A stretch of DNA of 63,852 bases, filler included, from Octopus bimaculoides (GCF_001194135.2; 3 parts of 3 records of this genome joined end to end with filler, not necessarily neighbours in it), one strand, 5' to 3'; shown: positions 25,475-38,656, counted from the whole stretch's first letter. Numbers and translations are program-made. Notes: a model not told the origin generated them from the sequence alone.

Positions 25475-26507
25475 CTAGGCTTTGCAAAAGTCCTGTTACT
25501 CATTACAATGCTCTCAACAGCATGTGGGTGCCCTCGACATGCACCCACATGCTGTAGTCAAGGGAGTTGGGCAACTGAAGTCCTTCAACCAGAAGTTCAT
25601 GTTCAACCTCAACCACTCTTTTGCAGCCTTGGCACTATCCTGCTAAAAGATGTAGTCTGCCTTCTTCATGATCTTTCCCACCCAGGGCAGGACTTTTGTG
25701 GCCAAAATGTCCCTGTAGTCAGCCATTCTTGGATACATCAGACCCAGTCAAACTGTCCAACTCATGTAACCAACCGTAAACCACACTGGCAGCATCTTCT
25801 TGTCATTCAAAGCTATGATGCTGAGCATCATCATAAACGCTGACCACTTAGTTGTGGACATGTAGTAGACCTTGGAGACATCCTGGCTGAAGCTGATCAC
25901 ATGGTCGTTCTGCTTGTTGATGACCAGATTGACTGTGAAGGCTTTTCCATCAGAAAAAACAAGAATTTGATTGCCACGACACTTCAAGTCATTGAGAAGG
26001 TAATGACAGCACTCCTGATGTTCTCACATATGGTTGGTGAGCAGAGGCCTTTCCATGCACTTCAAGCTCTTACCACACCCCTCCTTCTTGGCCCTGGACA
26101 CTGGCCACTAAGATGTTGTTCTCTGCAAGTACAGTCATTTTGAGTTTCAGATCACTTTCAAAGGCCTTTCTTACAACCAAATGGTTGACAACTTGAGGTC
26201 CACCTGATTGAGGTCGATCTTTGAGGTCTTTCCTGTTCTTGAGCCTCTCTTGGACTCTGTGGACAGTCATCTGGCTGACATTGAGCCACTTGGCAATGTT
26301 GGACTTCTTGCGGCATGCACACAAGAGAGCAGAGATCTTGATTCTTTTTGCTTCCATCTTGATACACCTGTACATAATGGAAAATACATTTTAATGACAT
26401 GCTGAAAAAGTAGAACTTTAAGTATGTTTGACAGTACTTTTCCTATCACACATGTTAACCTCTCAAAAGATCAAAAGCAAGTGTAATAGGACTTTTGCAA
26501 AGCCTGG
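25475..26507 (-). mobile_element. Tc1/mariner superfamily element (maT/DD37D-like), decayed
   Basis: Terminal inverted repeats C(T/C)AGGCTTTGCAAAAGTCCT(G/A)TTAC of about 25 bp flanked by TA on both sides. HTH: MEAKRIKISALL...IAKWLNVSQMTVHRV; catalytic pieces LVFSDG, YIF*QDSA and LDYSMW. Confidence 0.9.
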
Positions 26508-26573
<66 letters not shown>

Positions 26574-26666
26574 TGACATGCATATACATATGTGAGAGAG
26601 TGTATGTGTTTCTAACTAAATATTACACACACACATAAAGAGACTATTAAATATTCTTCTACTTAC

Positions 26667-26812
26667 ATTCCATGAAAGAATGCTTCCTTCCTTGACAATG
26701 ACATTGTTTAGTAAAACAACACCACTACATAAAATGGAGCTGTTGATCAGGCAGTTATCACCAACAATGATATTATCCCATAGATATGCTCCATTAATCT
26801 GCACATTTTTAC
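26667..26812 (-). CDS. EIF2B5: eIF2B epsilon internal exon (left-handed beta-helix region), last exon visible
   Basis: Reads (G)KNVQINGAYLWDNIIVGDNCLINSSILCSGVVLLNNVIVKEGSILSWN; CAG acceptor, GTAAGT donor; 146 nt; the phase fits the previous exon. Confidence 0.93.
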
Positions 26813-27004
26813 CTGTAATAAATAAATAAAATACCTATTGTTAGATATTAATAATTGCCATCATTATCATTTTTACCTTCGTCCTGTTATGGCTCATAAA
26901 AAAAACACATGTGAATCAATGAGAGAGCTTCTATGTGGTTGGTTATCAAAAATCACTCAAATCACATCCCACCATCTCCATAATTTAACATTCATCTTGC
27001 ATAA

Positions 27005-27365
27005 CAGCATGGCTGTGTGGTTGAGAAGCTTGCTTTCCAATCACATGGCCTTGGATTCAGTCCCACTGTGTGGTACCTTGGGCAAGTATCTTTTACTATA
27101 GCTGACCAAAGTCTTGTGAGGGATGTGGTAGACAGAAAATGGAAGAAGCTTGTCGCGTGTGCATGCATGTGTGTCCCCTCTAGTCCTGATATCAACTGAT
27201 GCTCATCTTTTCCAGTGTTGTGTGAAAAACATGTTCAGCAAAGTGGAATATTACTTTGCTTGGAAACAAGTGAGGGTTGGCAACAGTAAAGGCAGCTGGC
27301 TGTAGAAAAGCTGCTTCAACAAATTCATCTAACCTGTGTAAACTTGGAATAGTGATGTTAAAATG
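27005..27365 (+). mobile_element. SINE family B head joined to an RTE-type tail
   Basis: GCATGGCTGTGTGGTTGAG...TTCAGTCCCACTGTGTGGTACCTTGGGCAAGT, ending GTTAAAATGATGATGAT. Confidence 0.75.
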
Positions 27366-28329
27366 ATGATGATCCTACAACTTGAAATGGTTGTAGAAAA
27401 AAACTGGTTATCAGTTAAGAGTATGCTATGATTAGATGGTAAAAATGTAGGATGGTCATAGCAGGAATCCTTTTGCTGAAAGAACTACTTGACCAGAGCT
27501 TATTCAGGTAAACTTAATTTGTTGCTTGGTTTAACACCACCTCCTGCCCCTTGCCTTTAGCAAACCCCACACTGTTACAAGCACTTAGACCAGGTGAGTA
27601 TCCTCCTTTTTTACCTACCAATTTCAGAGCCTCTAAAAAAAAAAGAGCATTGCTTTACTCCTCTGACTAAACCATAAAAGAAGTTCAATGCCTTACAGCA
27701 TACATAAACATTTATGCTATAAGTTCAAATCTCACTGAGTTTGAGGTTATCTTTCATCCTTCTTAAGATGAATGTTGTCATTAATTTGACTGAACCCTGT
27801 CAAAAAATGGGGGCCAATGCAGGTTTTCTCAAGTATCTAGCTCCCATCTCTCAAAATATTAGGGAAATTTTTGTTCCTCTCCCTTTATTAATGAGAATAC
27901 AAAATAGGAGTTTGTTTTCAATAATTCTTGGATAAGTTTCTTTTAAGCCCATCTTCATTTTATTAAACATGGCAGTTTACCCACATCCTTTTCAATCCTG
28001 GGTTCAATCCTACTGTGTGGCACCTTTTCAATTCTGCTCACTCCATGAGAAACACTGGATTAATGTCAATGTTAGAAATTATAGTTTGCTTTAATATTGT
28101 TGTTTTCTTTACAATAGATTATTTTTTCCTGAGTTTTTACACTGGAACATAAGATACATTTCAGTGTGCTTGGAAGTCTGAATATTACTGTGTGTGAGTG
28201 CTTTAAACTAAGAACTTCATTGCTATTGACATGTAAAGAACAGTAACCATCACACAAAAATTAGCTCTGCATTCCATCTTTCCACACATCATGATTAATT
28301 CAATCAAATTATTATGAATTTCTCATAGT

Positions 28330-28810
28330 ATTGATATTACTTAAAATATCACAACAGAGCATTACTGAAATTATTCTATAAAGTCCAAGTAGTAATGTGT
28401 TTAATTCAGTAGATTCTTGCAGCTCAGAGAATGATTGCCCACACCTATATATTATGGTGGCTTACCCCAATACTGCTCATTCTCCTGCAAGTAGGCTTTG
28501 GAAATTTTACAATCAGTTATCTCTTTTTTCTCATAAATATATAACTTCACCAATTGTTTTATAATTTCATCTCTCCCTCGCTTAGAAATAGAAGCAGCCA
28601 TGCATTCTGTTGCCTATCTTAACTTCCATGCAATGTTATACATACACACATATACATACATTGACCATATTCCGTATGTAATCACTAAATTTGTTATGAA
28701 ATTTTTCATTTAAAAATCCCAATAGAGCATTACTGAAATTACTCTATAAAGTCAGAACAGTAGTGAGTTTATTTCAGCAGATTCTTGCAGTTCCCAGTAT
28801 GACTGCCTAT
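28330..28810 (-). mobile_element. Two degenerate related copies of a probable R4/Dong-like LINE 3' end
   Basis: The shared block AGAGCATTACTGAAATTA.TCTATAAAGTC...AGATTCTTGCAG occurs near 28357 and 28723. The minus strand gives AVILGTARI, like the terminal ..LGTARILR motif. Confidence 0.45.
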
Positions 28811-29264
28811 ACCTTTCTAATCCTCTTTCCCTACCAAGCCACCCCTACAATCACAATTTTTTATCAGAATATATATGAATTCACTCCCTTTGCAATTCAT
28901 TACCAACCCTTTCTTCTTTATGCATAAACACAATATTTAGGGGTTCTCTTCGGTCACCACATATTCATACATCGGTATGTAAATTGCATATATGTACATA
29001 CACACACATATATGCAGGTAGTGTATAAGTACACATGTATAGATACTTATAGATATTAATCCTTTCTATGTACCCTCTCCTCTCTTCCAGTTGGCCAGAA
29101 CCCTTACTCCCCTTCCCTACAATCTCTACTACCACTTGATTTAGATGGTGCATATGACTGAGGAAATTCTAACTCACTGAGTAAATTAGCCTTGTACAAG
29201 AGTGCATTACTAGCTGGTAAGTGCTTGCACAAATCTTTTCAGTTCTTCAACTGTCTTCATCATC

Positions 29265-30030
29265 ATCATCATCATCATTTAATGCCCATTGTCCATGTTG
29301 GCATGGGTTGGATGGTTTGACTAGGGCTGGCAAGCCGAGGGCTACACCAGACTCAAGTCTGGTTTGGCATGGTTTCTACAGCTAGATGTCCTTCCTAATG
29401 CCAATCACTTCGAGAATGTAATGGGCGCTTTTACGTGCCACCAGTACGGGTGACAGTTGCATCGCACCAGTATCTGTCACGATTATGATTCCACTTGGCT
29501 TGAAGAGTTGTCTTCTCAAGCATGGTATAATGCCAAAGGTCCTGGTCATTTGTCATTGCCTCTGTGAGGCCCAACACTAAAAGGGTGCTTTTTACATGCT
29601 GCTGGCATCAGCCACATTGCCTCCGTTAGGCCCAATGCTTGAAAGGTGCTTTTTATGTGCCACCGGCACAAGTGCCAGTTGCATGACACCAGCATCAGCC
29701 ATGACTACAATTTGACTTGACTTTACGGGTCTTCCCAAACACAGCATATTGCCAAAGGTCTCAGTCACTGGTCGTTGCCTCCGTGAGGCCCAAAGTTTGA
29801 AAATCATGCTTCACCACCACATCCCATGTCTTCCAGGGTCTATCTTTACTATAGGTTCTCTCCACAGTTAGAGATACTTCTTTACACATCTGTCCCCATC
29901 CATACACATCACATGACCATACCAGTGCAGTCATCTCTCTTGTACACCACATCTGATGCCTCTTATGCCCAACTTTTCTCTCAAGATGCTTACACTCTGT
30001 CACACATGCACAGACATTGCATATCCAGTG
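29265..30030 (-). mobile_element. RTE LINE 3' end with UTR and (GAT)n tail
   Basis: Reads RPWKTWDVVVKHDFQTLGLTEA; (CAT)n at 29258-29278. Confidence 0.85.
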
Positions 30031-30589
30031 AAGCATCTACTCTTCATTTAAAGTACTCAACTTTAGGGACCCCCACAATCAATGTTAGCACAATGAAAGA
30101 TGAAATTACTGTAATGTTGGAGTAGAGATAGGTAGCATACATGTGCCACATGCAAAAAGTAAGATTAAAGGGAATCTTAGCAAGATTCCTCACAAGCAAA
30201 GAATTTTTTGGGTAGGCAACAGTGATGGGATGAGCAATACCATTCAATGTGACTGTGTCAACAGCATTAAAAACATAAATGCTAGCTGGAAATTAATAAG
30301 TAGCAGGAGTGAAGCATCAGCATAATTTGTCCAACATACATGCACCTGCTTATTATTACAAAACAGTGACTTAACTTTCACCTTAAACCAAACCGAATCA
30401 ATGAGTAAATCTTCGCTCAGTTGCAAACCAGAGATCACTCAATATTTTCTCAAAATTTCACTATCTTCTCACATAACAGTTAAAACATTCAACTAATCTT
30501 TTCTTAACATAACTTTGTTTTACTACATGTATCATTAACTTTTTAATTCTGTCTAAAAACATACCAACCTCATTGTATGCAGGAGCATT

Positions 30590-31400
30590 GTCCTGGTAAA
30601 ACAAGACTCTTTTTGTCAGTTTTCCTAGGCATTTGGTCTTGATAGCCTTTCATAACTACTTCACCAAGTTGGGATAGTACTCTCCACTGATGGTGTGGCC
30701 TTCTGAAGATAGTCAATAAACACAATGCCTTTTGCATCCCAAAAAACTGAGGCCACCGCCTTCCCTGCTGATAAAACAATCTTGGTTTTTTGTGGAGCAG
30801 GTGAGGAAGGGTGTTTCCACTGCATGGATTGTTCCTTTGTCTCTGGCTCAAAGTGATGAAGCCAACACTAATCCTGGGTTAGGAAACACTCAAGGAAACC
30901 AGCTGGTTCTGCTTCAAATAATGTCAGATTTTTCTGTGATGTGATCAGCCTGGTGTGCTTTTGATCAGGTGTTAGAAAATATGGCGACCATTGAGCAGAG
31001 GATTTGTCATGCCAAGTTTGTTGTGCAGAATATTCTCAACACCATCACAGGATATGCTAATAGCATTGGCTATTTGATGTATAGTCAATTGCCTGTCATC
31101 CATCGCTATGTGGTGAACATGATCCATGTTTTTCTTAGTGGTGGCAGTTGCAGGACATGCAAAACTTGGGTCATCTTCAAGTCTCTCCCTTCTCCTCCTA
31201 AATTCAGCTACCCACTTTTGCACTGTTGATAAAGCTGGAGTGTCATCTCCTAATGTAACAACTATGTTAGCACATATGCCCTTGGGGTCTAAACCCTTTT
31301 TCTGCAGGTATCTGATTAGACCATGGTGCTGAATTTTGTCTATTTTCAAGAGAAGTTGCTACGAGTTACTACTGAAGTGTTCTCTGAGCAGGTAGAAGTC
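30590..31400 (-). mobile_element. Mariner transposase remnant
   Basis: Reads HHGLIRYLQKKGLDPKGICANIVVTLGDDTPALSTVQKWVAEFRRRRERLEDDP (mariner HTH); frameshifted downstream. Confidence 0.88.
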
Positions 31401-31764
31401 AGTTTACCTGAAAAGAATATTTCACAGCTCTAGCATCACTCCTTCATAGTCAGCCTACACTCAATATATGTGTTAATAACAGAAAACTGACTGTTATTAA
31501 AACAAATATAGCCTTTTTTAACAACTACAATTTTGACTTTAATGTATTTTGGATGGCTATTATCTTGAATATGTAGTTTTAGAGAAAGATAAGAAATTCT
31601 TCATATCTTCCATAATTTGGTATTTTGACTTCTGCTCTAAGTGAAGAACTGTACAACTATTCTAACACATTTCTAATGGACATAATATTAGTGTTAGTGA
31701 TAGCCACTTAAATTGATTTCTAATAATTTTATAAATTTTGTAAATTTTCAATATCAGACAAACT

Positions 31765-31987
31765 AGCGTGGCCGTTGCCAGTACCACCTGACTGGCCTTC
31801 ATGCAGGTGGCACGTAAAAGCACCCACTACACTCTCGGAGTGGTTGGCATTAGGAAGGGCATCCAGCTGTAGAAGCTCTGCCAAATCAGATTGGAGCCTG
31901 GTGTAGCCATCCGGTTCACCAGTCCTCAGTCAAATCGTCCAACCCATGCTAGCATGGAAAGCGGGCGTTAAACGATGATGATGATGA
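31765..31987 (+). mobile_element. RTE-associated 3' tail copy
   Basis: GGCACGTAAAAGCACCCACTACACTCTCGGAGTGGTTGGC..AGGAAGGGCATCCAGCTGTAGAA...GTTAAACGATGATGATGAT. Confidence 0.85.
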
Positions 31988-32968
31988 TTTGTTTTAAATA
32001 ATGAGCCTGACCCAACAGACTCATACATTGATTAAAATAAATTACTATAATAATTTTCTTTTTAGAATTGGTGGAGTATCATAGGCAGTACACACAATCA
32101 TAGGGAAGTTCTAATTGCAGCGCACCATTTAACCAGCCTGTTTTTTTTGTTTTTCAGTATTTGTCACAATGTTTTCAAATTTATGTTTTAGAAACTCTAT
32201 CATTACAAATTTTTTTGAAAACAGACAATTCATATTTGTTGGACTTTCAAAATAGCTAGCTTACAATTAGACAAATTTCCTTTGCCAAGCAATAATAGTA
32301 TGTTTCTTGTTTATGCTTACTTTGTCAAAGATTAATGTTAAATTGAAGAGTTATATGTAAGACATGAAAAAGAAATATGAAATTGGAAAAAGAAGAGTCA
32401 GTATTTTGTTTTAAGCAATAGATGGGATACCATTGATGGTAGGTTGTCATTGCTGCTTCATCAATTTATTGTAAAAGTTATACCTAGCGTGTTTGCAGTG
32501 CACTCTATAATCCACAGTCAACCTCTGGTTGTAAGGGACTGAAACTTGCAGGAGAGAAAGAAATAACTGTTAGTGCAAAGGAAGTTGAGTGGGGAGTAAT
32601 ATGTACTGATTATACTCCCAAGCAATTACAGCTGTCAAGCAATCTGTAGATAGAGAAGTGACAGGGTGGGTTTAAGGAGAATGAGATATGTGAAAGGTTT
32701 GATAAGGCAGAATATAGAAGCATAAGCAGAATGCATTTAGGATATTATTTCCATGCTCATATAAAGGTAGTAATCTCTTCCATATACATCTCAACTCAGT
32801 TATACTTTTCCTTTCACATAACATGGCAAATTCATGATGAGCAGCTATTAAAAATCACTAAGAAAAAAAAAAGGAAAAGATTTAAAATGTTCTCCATGTA
32901 TTATGCATATTAATATAAAGGCAAAATTAATATAGAGGTAAGTAAAGAAAAGCATTTTCTTTACTTAC

Positions 32969-33069
32969 CAATTTTACAGTTGTTGCCAATAACAGAATCT
33001 GTAATCACAGAACCACTTTCAATAGTTGTGCCTTTTCCAACCAAAACATTTTGTATAAGCTTGCAACCA
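32969..33069 (-). CDS. EIF2B5: eIF2B epsilon internal exon (start of the hexapeptide-repeat LbH domain)
   Basis: Reads (R)GCKLIQNVLVGKGTTIESGSVITDSVIGNNCKI(G); CAG/GTAAGT; 101 nt; phases fit both neighbours. Not in the ORF track. Confidence 0.93.
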
Positions 33070-33329
33070 CTGCCATATACAGACATAAATAAAAAAGAAA
33101 AACATTTATTGATGAAAGAAGAGCAAAAGCTTCTATGGGAGAGAGTATATTGTTACAATCTGACAAAATATCAGTTCAACATAGTTTAAATTTTTAAGTA
33201 GTAGTAGTAGCAGTAGTAATAATAATAAAAATAATGATGATGATAATAATAATAATATGAGGTCCTTGTGACTTGACAGATGATTAAAGACTCCAGTGCA
33301 TTTTTACCTACACTGTGTTACGAAGGAAT

Positions 33330-33950
33330 AATAATAATGGTTTCAAACTTTTGAGGGGAGGGGAAGTTGATTACATCAATCCCAGTACTTGACTGGTATT
33401 TTTTTATTGACTCTGAAAGGATGAAAGGCAAAGTTGACCTTGGTGGAATTTGAATTAAAATGTAAAGATAGGTGAAATGCCACTAAACCTGCCAACTTGC
33501 CACTTTAATATTAATAATAATTTTTTCAGCTATAGGAACAAGGCCAGTTGATTTCATCAACCCCAGTGCTTGACTGGTACTTATTTCATTAATCCTGAAA
33601 GGATGAAAAGCAATGTTGACCATAGCAACATTTGAACTGAGAACATATAAAGAGCCAGGAGAAATGCTGCTAAACATTTTTGTTTGGTCTGCTAATGATT
33701 CTGCTAGGTCACTACCTTAATAATAAAAATGATAATAAATGGTTTCTAATTTAGGCACAAGGCCAGCAACTTTTAGGAGATAGGTTAGTTAGCACTACAT
33801 TGACCCAAGTACTTCAGCAATACTTTATTTTACTGACCTTTTAGAGACAAAGTTGAACTAAGTAAGATTTGAACTCAGAATGCAAAGAGCTGAAAGAAAT
33901 GCTGCTTAGCATTTTGTCTGATATGCTAAACGTTTTGCCAGTTTGCTGAT
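33330..33950 (-). mobile_element. Three head-to-tail SINE family A copies
   Basis: The same body is repeated at about 33340, 33520 and 33740, separated by AAT-rich spacers. Confidence 0.8.
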
Positions 33951-34049
33951 AATGATAGTAATTTAATTTCCTTGGACTAATTAACGTCATTTAATTTATA
34001 CTCCATTTCAGTCTATAAAACTCAGCTGAGAGTATTGTTCTCACATTTA

Positions 34050-34300
34050 GGATGGTGCTGTTGCATGACAGAAATCCTAACTGCAAGCAGAAGAGAGCAA
34101 CTCAGCTGATTGACACAGTCATTCATAGATATACTGTCTTCTCTCTTTGCCTTCTTTGCTCATCAGAGCTGACTGAACTCCTGCCACTTTTATTTAGACA
34201 TTTTCATTTCACTCACCTCTCCACTAGCCCTTCAAGATCCCCCAGGAGCTGCAACAATCACTACACCTAATCTATCTTTTCTAGAATGTTAACCCTCTTG
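34050..34300 (+). mobile_element. Jockey/I-like LINE C-terminal fragment
   Basis: Reads KQKRATQLID...HRYTVFSL...CSSELTELLP, like Q.RA.RLI...HRR.VASL...CSSEL..L.P. Confidence 0.55.
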
Positions 34301-34868
34301 ATTTCCATCCCAGCTCATTCTTTCCCATATACAAAGTTTTAAAAGGAACATAATCTCACAAGTTTAGGAGGGTCTGTCCCTTCCTGCAGACCCAGCAAAA
34401 ACTAAAAACAAAAACAGTTTAATCTTTGAGGAAAATGTGAAACAAGACAGGCTTAAAAGTTGGAAAACAAAACTGAGTTATTTAGTTTTGCGTTTTGGTG
34501 TCACCAAATAATGAATATTTTCTAAATGTTTTAGGTTTGGACCTTGATAGGTAAAGGAATGATATAACAAACTATCTAAAACTAACATATACTAAATAGG
34601 TAATAAAACAATATATTGCAAACTATCAAAAGATAACATATACTTGACATTTCGCTCAGTTCTTCATCCTCCAGAGTATATCTCTCCAGAACTTCAAACC
34701 TATCCATGTTTTACATCCTAAACCAATAAACTGCAATAATTCAAATAAATATTAAATACAATAATTCAGTTATTTTAATCACTCAGCCTAAAAATTTAAT
34801 GGTAGCTCATTAGTTTTAGATTTGACTATTTCATCCGAATAATTGCTACACTCTAGTGGGTGATGATA

Positions 34869-35752
34869 TGAGGGTGGTATCAAAAAGTTCCTGGACTAGT
34901 TCTGTAGCATGCCAGCACATGGTTGTATGTGCAGTGAGAGATAGCAGTGAGCTTCCTGAGGTAGTGTGCCGAGTGACATCACTGTTTTTACTTCGTAAGT
35001 TGTGAAATTAATGTTTTTGTGATCGTGTGTATGCTGTAGTCTGCAATTTCACCATGGACAGGAAGCTGGAACAAAAAACCACGAAATTTTGCATTAAACT
35101 CAGGAAGTCTGCTACAGAAACATTGAGCATGTTTCAGCAAGCTTATGGTGATGAAGCAATGGGTTGTACACAATGTTTCAAGTGGCACAGGTGCTTCAAA
35201 AGTGGAAGAATGGTCCTGGAATACGATCCAGAAAATCTGTCACAAGTGTCACACCTGGAAATGTGGTATCGCCATCAATAATTCGTCTCCTAGGGCCAGA
35301 CTGTAAATCGAGAGTTTTACTGCGATGTTTTAAAGTGTTTGAGGGAGGACATTTAACGAATGCAACTGGATCTGTGTAGTGCGAAGAATTGGATTCTTTA
35401 TGATGACAATGCAGCCTCTCCCCTAGCTCTCCTCACTTGCGAGTTTCTTGCCAAAGACAACATGGTATTACTTCCGCACTTGCCCTATTCACCAGATTTA
35501 GCACCTGCAGACTTCCATCTCTCCCCACAAGATGAAAATGCAGTTCAAAGGTTGCTGTTTTAACACCGTTGTTGAGATCCAGAGCAAATTGTAGAAGTTC
35601 CTCAACTCACAGAAAACAACTACCAAGCCGGATTCCAAAAGTGGCAGGAATGCTGGGACCAGTGTATTGCTGCACAAGGTAGCTATTTCAAAGGAGATGG
35701 TGTTAAAACTTAGGTAAATAAGTTTTTTTTATTAAACATAACCAGTCCTGGA
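34869..35752 (+). mobile_element. Mariner element, internally deleted, right terminal repeat truncated
   Basis: TA|TGAGGGTGGTATCAAAAAGTTCCTGGACTAGTT left end; KFCIKLRKSATETLSMFQQAYGDEAM; LPHLPYSPDLAPADFHL; right remnant AACCAGTCCTGGA. Confidence 0.9.
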
Positions 35753-35794
35753 TGGACAGTATTTAGTGTCAAGGATGTATTTAATGCAACTGAC

Positions 35795-35923
35795 CGTTCC
35801 AGAGTAACAGCAGAACATTGGTAAGTATTGTAGCGGCCATAGGAAACAAAATTGTCCTTGTTTTTGGCAGGAATAAGGATGTCAGGTACCAATGGGTAGC
35901 ACCATCTCTGAAGAATATCTCGA
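35795..35923 (-). CDS. EIF2B5: eIF2B epsilon internal exon
   Basis: Reads (S)RDILQRWCYPLVPDILIPAKNKDNFVSYGRYNTYQCSAVTLE(R), matching D...RW.YPL.P...RHNIY of eIF2B-epsilon; CAG acceptor, GTCAGT donor; 129 nt. Confidence 0.93.
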
Positions 35924-36909
35924 CTGTAACATAAAATAATAATCATAATAATAGGTAAGTTTTCCAAATTTATGGATATTAAAAGCAAAAAAAAAACACT
36001 AGTATACAAAACTATGCAAAGAGAGGCTGGTTTTGAAATATTAAAATTATAGTGGCTGGAAATAAAAAAACAAATTAAAAATTAATTTTAAGGTACATAT
36101 ACATCCAAAAGTGAATGGAAAAAAAGAATCTAGAAAAACTGAAAGTTACAACTGGTAAGTACCAATCTAATGGAGAAAAAGTAATAATTTGTATTAACTT
36201 GTGATATGACTAAATCAAGGTTATGTAACTCCTAACCCTTTCGTTATGATATTTCTAATTAAAATACACCTCTTATGTGTTTCAATTACATTCTAAAACA
36301 ATTGTGAATTCAGATTGGTTTCATAAAACAACTCTTCTTTTTTTAATCAACACATTTATGTGATTGTTTTTTAACACAATTTAAGAAAAGGTTCTTTAAT
36401 TTCTTTGCTTATGTTCTTCACAACTATGTTTTCATACTAATTGCTTGAAAGGAAAAAGTAAAAATTAAAAAAAAAAATTTAATTGTTTAATTTCCTTGGA
36501 AAAATTGTAGGCAGGTTTACTATTTTTGTGAAAATAACTAAAGAAATCAGTTTTTAAATTCTTACAGCAAATTCATTTAAAAAAAATTATTATTGGAACT
36601 GTTGGCAGAAACATCAGTACACAAAAACACATATAATAATGATTCACAATACAAATTAATCAAAACTTGTCACATATCATACAGGCAACCTAAAATTACA
36701 GGCAAATAACAAAATGAGCTCAATTTGAAAAGAAATATATAAATCAAATTTACACACACACACACACACACACACAATATTTCTAAAAATGCTTGGATTT
36801 CTTCCAAGTAACCTCAAACTATCTTTTTTTTTTTTATACCTCTTTGCTTATGTTCTGCATAACAATTCATTTCTGCAGTAATTGCTTCGAAGGTGAAAGT
36901 CAAAAAGTC

Positions 36910-37290
36910 ACAGGCATGGCTGTGTGGTAACAAGTTTGCTTCCCAACAACATGGTTTTGGGTTCAGTCGCACTGCATGGCACCTTGGGCAAGTGTCTTTT
37001 ACTATAACCTTGAGCTGATCAAAGCCTTGAGTGGATTTGATAGATGGAAATTGAAAGAAGCCTGTTGTGTGTGTGAATGCATTTTGCCTGTGTCTATGTT
37101 TGTCTCCCATTATTACTTGACAACTGGTGCTAGTGTGTTTACATCCTTGTAACTTAGTAGTTCAGCAAAATAGACTGATTAAATATGTACCAGGAATCAA
37201 GAATAAGTACCAGGGTTTATTCATTTGACTAAATTTCTTCAAGGCAATACCCCAGCATGACTGCAGTCTAATGACTGACATAAGTAAAAG
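36910..37290 (+). mobile_element. SINE family B copy
   Basis: GGCATGGCTGTGTGGTAAC...GGGTTCAGTC...CCTTGGGCAAGTGTC. Confidence 0.8.
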
Positions 37291-38656
37291 ACTGTATCCT
37301 CCTAAAATTATGTAAGAAAATTTCCCTTTCAAATTCATACAATGTTCAGGTACAAATTTGTTGTTTTTTATTGCTATTGGAACTGTTGTCAGAATGGTTT
37401 CACTTCTGAAACAGAAATATCTGATTTATAATCACATATGTGCTTTTTATGTTTGCTGTAAAATCCTTTGAATTCAAACTTGCTACTTGACAATATGAAA
37501 CTGGTGTGCAGTTTTCGTCCATAGTGAAACATTTCTAAAAATTGAGGTGGAAAAAAATGGAGAAAAAAAATCTCTAAAAGTTTGCAGTGCTCAGATATCA
37601 TGCAAAATAATGTTGGATGGTGCAACTCAATTGATTACATCATGAAATCACATGTTTTCATGAATGTAATGAGATTTGTGCTCAAATTCTCATTTTAATA
37701 TGAACAGGCCATTTCAGACAGCTACAAGCAGTTCTATAACAACCAAAATAATTTTCAAGCCTCTATAGGTTGGTTGGTAATGAGAAGGATAATTCCCCCT
37801 ATAAACATATGAAGAACAATATCAAAATGTATAACTATATGCTCTTTGTATACAGCAGTTGACATTAGTGAGTTTTTGTTTCAATAGTTTATACGTCAGC
37901 TCATGATTTCTAGATTTCAAGGATTCAAAAGGCTTGACTCCTGTTTCAGAAACTGTAAAAAACATTAGGGATAAATCTCTCTTTGGGTGGGATTACAGAT
38001 AACAATAGAAGTAGAAGCACTCAGCTGTGCAAACCAACAAGCCCAAGAGCTGTAATGAACTATACTGTGCTCAGAACTTACTTACACCAGGGTGAGTCAA
38101 TGAAAGCATTTCTACAAGGTTACTTAAGTAGGGTGTTTTCAGTGTAGAGGTGTTGAATGCAGTTACCAGTGCAAGGCTGTCGTCGTTGTCAGCACCATCA
38201 TTTAACATCTGTTTTTCCATGCTTGCATAGGTGAGATGGAATTTGTTATGGTAGATTTTTCTACAGCAGGATCCTTCGTGAAACCCACCCTTGACTGTTC
38301 CAGGCAAGGTAATATTTTCCCATGGCCAGACATGTTGACATGTTTTTCACAGAAAACTAGAAATGAACACGATCACTTGTATGATGGTGATGCTCATTCA
38401 CAACTATTACACAATGTCAAGACAAAGATGCATATACACACATACAACAAGGTTCTTTCATTTTCCATCTACCAAATCCACCCCAAAAACTTTACTCAGT
38501 TCAAGGCTATAGCGAAAGACACTAGTCGAAGGTGCCATGCTATGTGACTGATCCTAAGCCCACATAGCCACATCTGTGCCTATAGATGAGGCTGAGAGAT
38601 ATTTAATCAGTCATTTTATGATTAAAAGTTCAGACATGAATGTTCAAGTCACCAAC

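Noticed and set aside
38071-38307. Minus-strand ORF ending at a GTAAGT donor inside EIF2B5
   Set aside because: It has no eIF2B similarity, it overlaps a repeat tail, and the neighbouring exons already join in phase.
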